Source: Pelagomonas calceolata
Lineage: Eukaryota
Direction of reading: 5' to 3'
Assembly: GCA_918797485.1 (NCBI GenBank)
Contig: CAKKNE010000002.1
Location: 3,534,001 to 3,598,000, forward strand
DNA: 64,000 nt
Position numbers and translations under genes: made by a program. Under the pieces are notes generated by a model, which ran no database searches, had not been told where the DNA came from, and saw only the letters and a list, made by a program, of their open reading frames with translations. Positions 24,708-35,600 of the stretch are shown piece by piece. Positions within the stretch are counted from its first letter, which is position 1; every line of letters begins with the position of its first letter.

Positions 24708-26924
24708 CTAAGACGCTTTAGCTATGGAGCTATGACCCAGGAGATCAGCCTGACTGGCCGAGCTAAGCTCATTGTTCCACCAGATTGCAGCTTTCTGTGC
24801 ATGCGCTCGCGCATCCTTTTGCCCTCCACGCAAGGTGCGGGGCCGAGCCAGGACCTTTTCGACTCTTGTTTTTTTGTTCAGTAGCTTCAGATCCAGGTCG
24901 TTCATTAGGGCAGACATACGCTGGCACTCCGCAGTAAACCCCTCATGGCGCTTTTCTGATTGATGTTCTAGTTGGAAAATGCGCTCGTCCCGAAGCATTA
25001 TCATCTTGGTAGCTTCCCCCAGATTAAGCTCAAGAGCAGCATATTTGCGGAGTAGCTGTCGATGGACTGCAACTAACTGTTCAAGGCGCTGTCGAAGTGA
25101 GCACATGTGCTGACCCTCTTTGCTTGTGACTAAGGATGTCCCAACAGCTGATCCTTTGATCTCACGCTCGAGCTGATCTACAAGTCCACATTGAGCACTA
25201 AGGTCAGTTATCAACTTGCGGTGTTGATGTTCAAGCTTGAGGTGCTTGGTCATCGATGAGTGCTCTGGTAGCCTTTGAAGTGTGATTTGATCCAAAGTTG
25301 ATGGATGTTTGAGGCTATTTACCTCACCTTCGATGGCAAGCTTGGCTGTGCTGCTCCTTGAGGCACCCTGAGAGATGACGGCATATTCAGCATCCTCTTT
25401 TCGGAGGCGTTCATCAACCGCATTGGCCTTTTCAAGGCGAAGCTCAAGTTCCCTTACTTTGAAATGTGCCTTTTCTTCCACTCGTGCTTTGGCCTTGACA
25501 AGCAATCTGTTTTGGGCGAGCATTCCCGCCTGCTCACGGACTGCCTTTTCCATCTTCGCCTCGACCTCCTCCATGAAATTTCTGGCATCAAGCAGGAGCT
25601 CTTCTTTCTCGTGAAGAAGAGCTGTGAGATCCAGAACTTCCTTGTTGCATCGTTTTGACTCAGCTTGCTCCTCCGCGAGCTCCTCGGTGAGAGACAATAT
25701 CTTCTGCTGCTGAAGCTGAAGTATTGCGGCCATAGTCTCGGCATCACTACCATTTGGTGTACCAGAATGTCCAGTCTCGTTGCCTGAAGTAACTTGCAGT
25801 TCTAGCGCATTTATATAGGCTGATTGCATATCTATGGCAGCTTCTGCCTTGCGGAGCAGGGTCGTGAGTTCTTCAACAGATTTGCGTTCATTGACCTTGG
25901 GCTTATTTTTTATGGCCTTTGCTCGTTGACCAAATTTTAGTGTTGACAGTGTCTCCGAAGCATTCTCTGCTGATGCAGATATGGTGACAATCAGTCCAGT
26001 TTTTGCATTACCACCAAGCGAATCCTGGAGCATGCGAGTGAGTTTGGAATCACGGTAGGGTATATGAACTTTCTTTTCGTCCGTTAGTGCATTAATGACC
26101 TGTCCAAGTGCGGAGAGCGATCTGTTGATGTTCTTGGCTTCTTCCAATTGCAACCCCACCGCTTGGGACTTTCGTGCCATTTCAGAACCAGCAAGATCAA
26201 CAAAAACTAACTTTCCGACGCGCTTTGCTTCAGTTTCTGTGTTTCTCTGTTGTACTGTTATGCAGAACACGCTGTGAGACCGAGATGACCCCTCATTCAT
26301 TCCTGTGGCTGCTGTTGCACGCGACTTGCGCCCGTCTGTCATGCAGATTAACAATTCATTTTCGTTGGTCACAAATGTTTCTGTGCATCCGGCTACGTAT
26401 ACCCCCGAATTAGGGTTCTCGCGGATTCGCAGATTTCCCCTCTTTCGCCCGAATGTATCAAGCAGATCTCGAATTCGCTCCATGTATATTTCCACGAAGC
26501 TCACTTTGATCGCAAATTCAATGTATGCAGGCGCATGAGAACATGCCCGGAACAGAGCCGTTGCTGCACGTGGAATGACACCGCTTTTCAGTGGGTGAAA
26601 TATGTTTCCGCCTTCCATCGTGTGTGTCTTTCCAGACGCTGTTTGTCCATAGGCAAAGATAGTCGCATTGTACCCACCCAGCACGTCACACACGCACCTT
26701 GACACGCGAACACCCTCAAAGACGTCTTGTTGGGTTGCTTTTGAGTCGAATATCCGGTCAAAAGCAAAAGTATGGTGTTCGCCGCCATGAGCAAGCGACA
26801 CAGTCTTTGTATCCGGGGTGCTCACAACTTTCCTATCGTCATCACGACTACTTAAGGGGCGAATTCGACAGTAGACCGACACAGAGGCGTGATTTACTTT
26901 ATTGCTATGAGGCGCATGTATCAT
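24708..26924 (-). CDS. Conventional kinesin heavy chain (kinesin-1-like)
   Basis: IFAYGQTASGKTHTMEG, SSRSH, VDLAGSE and HIPYRDSKLTRMLQDSLGGNAKT. Tail LEQLVAVHRQL and LARPRTLRGG resemble the kinesin-1 cargo-binding and IAK regions. Confidence 0.9.
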   Translation of the reverse strand: MIHAPHSNKVNHASVSVYCRIRPLSSRDDDRKVVSTPDTKTVSLAHGGEHHTFAFDRIFDSKATQQDVFEGVRVSRCVCDVLGGYNATIFAYGQTASGKTHTMEGGNIFHPLKSGVIPRAATALFRACSHAPAYIEFAIKVSFVEIYMERIRDLLDTFGRKRGNLRIRENPNSGVYVAGCTETFVTNENELLICMTDGRKSRATAATGMNEGSSRSHSVFCITVQQRNTETEAKRVGKLVFVDLAGSEMARKSQAVGLQLEEAKNINRSLSALGQVINALTDEKKVHIPYRDSKLTRMLQDSLGGNAKTGLIVTISASAENASETLSTLKFGQRAKAIKNKPKVNERKSVEELTTLLRKAEAAIDMQSAYINALELQVTSGNETGHSGTPNGSDAETMAAILQLQQQKILSLTEELAEEQAESKRCNKEVLDLTALLHEKEELLLDARNFMEEVEAKMEKAVREQAGMLAQNRLLVKAKARVEEKAHFKVRELELRLEKANAVDERLRKEDAEYAVISQGASRSSTAKLAIEGEVNSLKHPSTLDQITLQRLPEHSSMTKHLKLEHQHRKLITDLSAQCGLVDQLEREIKGSAVGTSLVTSKEGQHMCSLRQRLEQLVAVHRQLLRKYAALELNLGEATKMIMLRDERIFQLEHQSEKRHEGFTAECQRMSALMNDLDLKLLNKKTRVEKVLARPRTLRGGQKDARAHAQKAAIWWNNELSSASQADLLGHSSIAKAS

Positions 26925-27772
26925 GTCCTATCGTAGGATAATAAATAATTCTTGCGGGGGAACACATGCGCCTCATGTCAAGTTAAGGAATATTGTTAGC
27001 CCCTGGTCGCGGGACATATTCAAAAACTTCGGGCGGAGGACTCACGCGGTACAAGCTGGACTTATATCATGGTGGCCCATATATATATATTCCCGTGGTC
27101 CCATAAAGCCCGTATAACAATGACAGGCCCTTCCCTCTAATCACACCGTGCTAGTTTTATACGGGGAGTCACCTATGGATGAACACACCAACACCTTTGC
27201 TCCGCGGTCCCGGGCAAAGACCCGTCGATTTCAAGTTGCATCCATCGCCGAGAACTTCAAGTTGAAACGCCGAGAACTTGAACTCACTGGCAGGCTTGAA
27301 GCTTCAAGTTGACCGTGCAAGTGGTCACGGTACAAGAAGTTGACCGTAGGCTTCAAGTTCACCCGATTATACCGGACAGCCGCAGCCATGCGGGTGTGCC
27401 ATAGCGACTCAGTGCCAACGGCCATGCAGGAATATGGCCCTATCTCCCTCCTATCTCGGGCCGCCTATTACACCGTAACTGTGCCAGTGACTGGGGGAGA
27501 GGAATATCCTCGCTGCCTGGTCACCGTGACGGAAGTCTTCAAGTTCAACTTGCCTCAGACACACGATGCCGTCCCCCATATTTACCCCGCAAGCCCCGGC
27601 CCGGCCGGGGCCACCAAAATCATTTTTTTCAGTAACCGTGTGGCTAAACACTCCCGGGCCCTGATAGTCGCGGTCAAGGGGGTCTCTAGCCATGTTTTGG
27701 TAGCACGAACTTACGAGCTAAGGCCTAAGCAAAACGCACAACTAAGGTTGCGGGGCCGCCCGCCGCGGCGAA

Positions 27773-30700
27773 ATGAAGAGAGCAATAAAAGATAACACGA
27801 CGAATTCCAAATCTTACAAAGACAAAAGTGCTTTTAACCACGATTATCCAGAGCAGTCCGCAGATGGCGCTCTCGGCGATGGAGGCACGTCGCGCGTTGC
27901 GTTTAAAACACGCACGGGACTGGTGATCACAAGCCAAGCGTGTCTTTTTGATCTGAATATTTGCAACCTAGCATAATACCTTAGGGAAAGCCTACGAAGC
28001 GCTCAAGGCTAGGGATATCTCGTTATATTGATGATATGGCTGAGGAGGAAGAGGAAGAAGACAATAACGAGAAATTGGCGGCTGCGCGGTTGCGAGTTGA
28101 TGAGGAAGATAGAGAGATGAGGTCAGAGATTCAGCGACAGGATCGTCGTAGAAACCAGGAGAATTTCTTCGAGGGAAGCGATGCAGATGTAGCCGGTGTC
28201 GTCAAGTCACTGCACGAGCGGTATCAGCGGACAACTCAGCTTGTCCACGACTTAGACGACATTGATGAAGGAATTCCTTATGCTGACAAGGCCCATGCTG
28301 CCCTTGCAGCATCGAGACATGCGGCAACACGCCAAGCGAATGCACCATCGTTAGCAGATCCCCGCCTTTGGGCCATTCCGTGCAAGCTAGGCTGCGAACG
28401 CGAAGCTGTCTTATCTCTAATGAACAAATGCGCTGCCATGACATGCGAAGGCACCCAAATGCGTAAGTTCTGAGGCACCCAAAATGCGAAGTGCAAGGCC
28501 ATGCTTTCTCTCAGGTATCTGCAGTGCCATGACGACGAGCCTTCGTGGATTCATCTATGTGGAGTCACGATCAGAACCAGATGTGCGCATGGTAGCCAAG
28601 GGCCTGCGATTGTTGCGCAGCTGGTCAATGAAGATGGTGCCGATGGTAGACATGGTGGCTGTCCTATCCACAAGTTTGGATGCGTCGTATGGATATGCTT
28701 CAAAGCGCAACGGCCTAAGAATCGGAGACTGGGCACGTGTGTCACGTGACACATACCGCGGAGATCTTTGCCGCATTGTTGCTTTAGGCAATGGCGGCTC
28801 GTCTGCAGTGATTATGCTTGTTCCACGCTTAGATGTTTCATCAGATACGGCAGAGGCTGGCGTCTTTGGTAGAAAGGATGCCTTCCGAAAAATGAGGCCG
28901 CCTATGCGACTCTTTAATGCATCAGAAATAATTGCTGCGGGTGGCAATGTAACCCAGCGAAGGTTTAGGCTAAATACGAGTGCTGGTTCAGCAAGTCAAA
29001 ATTGGGCATTGGCTGATGAAACATTCGATGTATTTGAAAATGCTTCCTATCTCAAGGGCTATTTGTACAAAGAGGTAAACGTCACTACGATGCTCAAGCG
29101 AGGAGGCGCCGATCCTACACTCGACGAATTACAGCGTTTTGTTATCGACACTCAGGAAATGGGCCCGGGAGATAATGAACCATCGTCAGTCGTGAAATAC
29201 CCTGCAGATGATGAGCAGAAACGTTCTCTCAAGGCACAAATCGAACTGCTTGCTCGCGGTCGCGGAACTCAGGATCCAACGCAAAAAAGTCCTATATTTG
29301 AAAAGGATGATAAAGTATATAATCATTGTCTCAAGATTGATTTTATTTTGGTTTTTACATGACACAACAAAATAGGTCGAGGCGATTGAGGGCGAGATGC
29401 GAGGTGTTGCCCTAATAGTCGAAAGAATGGCACCTAGTGGTATAGTCTATTGTAGGGCATTTGATGAGCCACAGCTTCGAGGTGTTCTCATACCTATGGA
29501 AACGCACCAGCTACTTAAGTCTATTCAAGTTGGAAGTCATATCAAAGTCCAAGATGGCAAATATGCCGGCCAAACTGGTGTCATTCTTGAGCGTGGGGTG
29601 CTTGATGGTGATCACGTTGCTGTAATATTGACAGATAGCGGGGGGCGAGAAATTACCGTTAGATTTTCCCACGTACAAGAGTCAAGTGAGATCTCGAAAG
29701 GGCTTGATGCGCTTGAGGGATATGAACTTCATGACATCGTACTTTTGCCCCTAGGTGCTGTTGCTGTTGTCACCTATGTCGCCTCTGAGGACCTGGAAGT
29801 ACTAACATCACGCGGCAATCTTCGAACTGTGCGTCCTGCAGAAATCACTCGCAAGCTAAATCAGGAAAGTGCAAGGAACATCTCTCTTGATTCAAAGGAT
29901 GAACACGTGAGAGAAACTGACCTTGTCATTCTAGATGACGGTCAAAATGCTGGGGCTCTGGCTACTGTTGTCCGTGCCCATCGTGCCTCTCTATGGTTGC
30001 TGAATGTAATATCTGGTGCTACAACCATTCCATGCGGTGGCTTGTTTGTGAAGAAATCTCGCCAGGTCCACGTAGCTGGGGATCGCGCCACTGGAAGTAC
30101 CCTAGCAGACACATACATGGGCCTTGGCAAACAACGCGTTGTTAATGAGGACCAATTCAATAACAAAATTGCAAATAATCGCGGAAGGAGCACTGGGCGC
30201 GACCCTTTTGTCGGTCGTACGGTTCGAATTTGTAAAGGGAATTACAAGGGCCTTGCTGGTATTGTTACAAATGCGACCACTACCCACGTTACTGTGGAGC
30301 TTCACACACGCAATCGCTCTGTGACGCAGCCCCGTGAGTGCATCAAGATTGTCGCTGGCACAGCTGGTGGGGAACCAGAGCTTGCCGTCCAGCGTCGAAT
30401 TGCCGAACAGGAGGCCTACAGCACAGATCTTGTATCGACGCCTTTCCTTACACAGGCCACGCCATTACTTGGCGGGGCCACGCCTCAGTATGGTGCCGTG
30501 ACACCACACCACACAACACCCTCTCGAGGCACTGCAACTCCAACCTGGGGTACCCCCGCATATAGCTCTCAAACACCTCGCGGTGGCCCTCAAACCCCAC
30601 GTTCTGCACCAGGCCATGGAAAAGCCACAACGCCCTCTTATAGTGGCATCGAGGATGTCTGGCGGCCCCGCGAACTTCCCAATTCAAAAAGTAGTGGAAA

Positions 30701-31163
30701 GTCTCCCCTGCACAGTATGTCACCAGGTAGCTTCAACTACCTTGCATTTAGTGGCCACAGCAAGGCCAAGTCACCTATGTTTGATGGTAGTCGAGCAAGC
30801 ACACCCACCTATCAACCACCTTCCGTGATGCCGCCAACCTCAAAAAGTGGGGCATGGTGCGTCAATGGTGCTGAAGCCGAACTCGAGGATGGTAATATCT
30901 GCAAAATCATCAAAATTAATGCCCAGAAAAATATGGCGACCGTCGCTCTCAAAGCGACTCAAGCTCTGACGCGATCTCTCCCAACGTCTTTACTTGTGCG
31001 TGTCAAACCCAAGGCTGGCGACAAAGTTCGTGTTGTTGATGGGAGTGCCGTGTACGATGCCGAGCTATTGTCGATTGAAGACTCAGATGGAATCATTAAA
31101 GTTGATAATGGTGAATATAAGATAATTGACTTCTCGGCAATAGCCAAAGTAGCGGACTTCTGA
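27773..31163 (+). CDS. SPT5: Transcription elongation factor SPT5 (acidic N-terminus, NGN, KOWs, CTR), about 4 exons
   Basis: YIDDMAEEEEEED, DPRLWAIPCKLGCERE, LRGFIYVES, several KOW motifs (GRTVRICKGNYKGLAGIV) and TP-repeat CTR. Introns 28463-28514 and 29315-29375; first intron acceptor at 27984 with the donor uncertain. Confidence 0.93.
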
Positions 31164-31449
31164 AGAAATGAATTGATTATTAATTACACATCGAGGGCGC
31201 AGGACGCGCGAAGGTCCGCATCTCACTGCTTAGCGGCCTTCGCACCCCGCGCCCCACTTCGCGCCCCCCAGAGCCGCACACCAGCTAGTTCAACTAAGTA
31301 ATAATACCACTTCGAACCCAAGCTGCCGCGACTGGACATGGCCGGGCCCATTTTTTACACTGGCAGGCCTGTTATTCCAATAGACTGGCACCGGCGCCCG
31401 AGCCGTTGGCGGCTACTACTTGTAGTAGTACCGCCAGTTGAAAAAGAGG

Positions 31450-31790
31450 CGCCGCGGCATATGCGCGCCAGCCTGAGGAGTTTCGGCGTGCCGCCGGCCG
31501 TTTCCAGTGATTTCAGCGACACTGTCGTCGCTCCCCCACCCACGTGATCGGGGGGCGCTACGCCTCAAACAGCATAGCCAAAAAGTAAGAACGGAGCCCC
31601 TAAGGCCCTGGGAGGACGCCGCGTAGCGCCCCCCGATCACGTGCAGGCGGACATGTGCCCACGCTGCGGTTTCGCATGTTCCGAAAACGCGTGCGACGCG
31701 TACCGCACGCCGCCAACGCGCGCCACGGCCGCTTCGACCTCGATGCGAAACGATCGTTCCGCTTACTCCCGAGGACGCTACTGCTGAGTC
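31450..31790 (+). repeat. Dispersed GC-rich repeat (transposon relic); inverted paralog at about 51415-51645
   Basis: Colinear alignment, e.g. gctgcggtttcgc.tgttccgaaaacg.g.gcgacgcgt.ccgcacgccgcc and cttcgacctcgatgcgaaacga.cgttcc(c)gcttactcccgaggacgc. Confidence 0.9.
31547..31637. mobile_element. 91-bp MITE with perfect 17-bp TIRs and a 6-bp TSD (CACGTG)
   Basis: atcggggggcgctacgc ... gcgtagcgccccccgat, flanked by cacgtg at 31541-31546 and 31638-31643. The paralog at about 51546-51551 has a single catgtg (minus strand) and no insert. Confidence 0.88.
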
Positions 31791-32600
31791 GTTGTAAGTG
31801 GCCGCGCCGCGGGGTAAAATTCCGTTTTTACCTGTGTGTCTTTACGCGTCCCCCGGAGCTCTCGTGCGGCCCCCGGACACTTTCCCCTAGTACCCAGCGC
31901 TGGGCCTCGGGCCTCCCTATCTGGCTGCGCGGCCACTGCGCCTACTGTGTGGCGGCATATCAAGTTTTGTGGCACTGGTGGCCTCCGGGGGCTTCACAAC
32001 GACACATTCCGAGTCTGCTCAAGTGCCCCTCTGGCTAAACGACGCCTTTTGGGCCTTAATGTACCAGTAGTACCATGAGGTAGCTAATTTGCAGCCATTA
32101 TCTCGGCTAGATCGTCGAGTAGATCGTCGAGTTAGGCCACTTGCGAAATGAGCCCAGTGCTCGGGGAAAAGGGAGAAGGGCAGCGAAGTAGAGGCCACCG
32201 TGAGCAGTGGCCGCCAGAGTGCATTATCGACATTCGAGGGTACACAGCTGCTGGTCTCCTATGTCTTTTAAACTTCGAAGTTGATAAGAGCTTCGCCCGG
32301 TCGTACCCAGGCAGCAGCTCGCCGTTGCCAGATTTTAGATCCTCGCGCCACGATTGCGCGCTGATGAATTCGATTACGATTGGCGCTCACCGGTGAACTT
32401 AAAATATGGTACAATTTTTTTTAGATGAGATGCACGCTCGTGCGGCCGCATCAAAGCCGGGCCTGCAGCACTGCCAGGGGAGAGGCCGAGTTATCGTGTA
32501 CAACCTCGGACCTCCGATCTCACGTACCTACGGTAATCCATAGGGATATGTACCGTAGGTATACGGTATTCAAAGTTTTTGTTTCAACTGCCCAAGGCCC

Positions 32601-35600
32601 ATGCAACTCCGCCATTTGTGCTCGTTGCTGCCTGCCAGCGGTAGCACCAACCCAGCATATCCTCATGATGGCAAAGTCACCGCGGTGTGTTACTCCCCCA
32701 ACAATCGCAGGCTGGCAGTCTGTGGATCGGATCGTGTTGTTCGACTATTTGACGACCAAGGGCGGCCAGCGGATAAATTTTCGACTAAGCCGGCCGACAG
32801 AGGGCCAAAGACGTATGTTGTGAGGGCCATGAGCTTTTCCCCAGATTCTACTAAGTTGGCTATCGCCCAAAGCGACAATATTGTTTTTGTATACAAGCTT
32901 GGGCTTGAATGGGGCGACAAAAAGACCATATGCAACAAGTTCTTGCAGACCTCCCCCATCACTGCATTGACATGGCCTTCGAGTAGACAAAATGAGCTTG
33001 TGCATGTGCCCAGCGTCACAAAAGAACAAAAGAATAACGGGCTCATATGATCCGCATGACCCGGTTGCAGGTACGGACTTGCAGAGGGTAAAGTAAAGAT
33101 TGGCCAGCTTAGATCAAATAAACCTGCAAGCTTGTATGCCACTGGTTTTTATGTCTGTGCGGTCGCAAGCTCAGCGAGTGGTCATGGCATTTGCTCATCA
33201 CACGTGGACGGTTCAATCCACAAATTTTCCTTCCACCAGGTTCGTATTACACGTCGATAGCTAGAATCTAGCCATTTTTACCGCAAGTAAGTAGGCAAAT
33301 GGTGGTACCACCAGCACAAAAATTGCTGCTCACACGCAAATAGCCTGTGTCTAGCTACTTAAATTCTTGAGTCGAGGCTGTAGGTGTGTACCGTATGCAT
33401 TAGCCTGGGGTCACTCGATAGTTGTCGCTGGCAATGACGGTGCTGTTGTCTTCTATAATGAGACAGGGGAAGTTGAAAGGCGATTTGATTCTACAGTTCC
33501 TTCAGAGAGAGCCAATTTGGAAGTATCCGCGACACCAGAAGCAAAAACAAGGGGTGAATTTACAGTTGCGTGCTTTAATCCCACAGGAGACACCGTTGTG
33601 CTTGGTAACTGGAATTCGTTTTACTCGTATACGTACAATCAACGTCAAGACTCTTGGGAAGAGATCGGCCCCAAGCACATACAAAATTTGTATGCAATTA
33701 CTTCATTAGCATGGAAGCATGACGGCGGGCGGCTTGCAGTTGGTTCTCTTTTTGGTTCTCTCGACCTCTATGATGCATGCGTACGGCGATATCAGTTCAA
33801 GAATAAATTCGAATTTACCTATTCTTCTTTGTCACAAGTCATCGTAAAACAGCTCGAGACGGGCAGGCGCATTGTACTTAAATCAGTATATGGATGTGAA
33901 GTTACAAAAATAAACATATACCAGGATCGCTACGTTGTTGCCAACACCAGGGATAGCTCGTCAACAACAGAAACCCTGCTGCTTGGTGACCTGACGACTT
34001 ACAAATTGTCTGAAATATCCTGGGAAAATGGTGGGAACGAAAAATTTGTATTCGACAACCCTGCATGCTGCATTGTATATCATGCTGGCGAGTTAACACT
34101 CGTTGAGTACGGTTGCAATGAGGCATGTGGCACTGTCAGAACAGATTACATTTCGGGACATCTACTATCAGTGAGAATGAACGAACCTCAACCAACACGA
34201 GCTGACGATGATTTCGCTAATAGCAAAAAGATGGCTTACCTTCTCGACGCTCAAACGATTAACATAAAGGATCTCGTCACTGGGAGTTCATCAACAGTTT
34301 CTCAAAATTCCAAAATTGATTGGCTTGAATTGAATGGCCGTGCAAACTTGCTTTTATTTCGGGATAAGCGCCGGCAGTTGCACCTCTATGACGTCAGAAC
34401 ACAAGCGCGTACGACGTTATTGACCTACTGTACATATGTACAATGGGTCCCGCACTCTGATGTCGTGGTCGCACAGAATCGTGGTAGTTTGTGCGTCTGG
34501 TATAATATCCATACTCCAGATCAGGTGACTGTTCATCAAATAAAAGGCCGTGTGGTGGACATAGAGCGCGCGAACGGTCGCACTGAAGTGATTGTTGATG
34601 AGCTCCTCTCAACAGCCTCCTACCTGCTCGATGAGGCACTCATTGAATTTGGCTCGGCAATTGACGATCATGCTTATGATCGTGCGGCTGACATCCTGGA
34701 AATTCTAGAGCGTTCTCCTGAGGCGGAGGGTATGTGGAAGAAACTCGAAGAGATAGCATTCTCGGGAAACAACTTACTCGTCGCCCATCGCTGCGCCGCG
34801 GCACTAGGAAACGTTGGGAGAGCACGGTATTTACACCGGCTTAATAAATTAGTTCGCAAAAACGCTATGGGACTAGATTATTTCCTTGTCCGATCACGGC
34901 ACGCGCTACTCCAAAAAGATGGAAGAGCAGCTGAAAACATACTTCTGTTGCAAGGCAATGTGACTGAGGCCATTCGCATGCACCACCAGTTACATAATTT
35001 AGATCGTGCCGTTGCGATTGCAAAAGAAAGGAAGTATCCCGATGCCATGAAAATGCAACTCGATCATTTTCAGTATTTGCTAGATTCGAATCAAGTGTCA
35101 AAAGCTGCATATCTGAAGGAGGCAGGAGGCGAATTCCTGCCAGCGATCGAGTTGTATCTTCAAGGTGGTATGCCGAGCCATGCTGTGCGTTTGATAAAAC
35201 ACAACAACGTCGACAATTCGCCAGCAATAGTAGAACAAGTAGCAGCATCGTTTACATCGGGTGGATTGTATGAACAAGCTGGGGAATTTTATCAATTTGC
35301 GGATCAGCTCCAGCGGGCGATGGATGCTTTCTTAAAAGGATCTTCATTTCGCAAAGCTGTGGAGCTTGCTCGGAAACATTTTCCTGGGCGAGTTGTTGAG
35401 CTTCATGAGCGCTGGGGTGACTACTTAATTGAAAACAATCAGGTGGACATGGCTATAAATCATTATATAGAGGCGTCCTTGTCCTCCAAGGCAATTGAAG
35501 CCGCCCTAACTTGTCGACAATGGACCAGAGCCATACAATTGCTGGAGAGCGTTGAATGTAGCATGGCACAGCCGTATCTTTGCCGGCTTGCTCACCATTA

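Noticed and set aside
27340..27795. 151-aa ORF upstream of SPT5 as a gene
   Set aside because: Its translation (VTVPVT, VTVT, FKFNL) is a by-product of the accgtgac/tgccagtg/ttcaagtt scar words.
30437..30830. TP/SP-rich repeats in SPT5 as a novel repeat protein
   Set aside because: This is the known SPT5 C-terminal repeat region.
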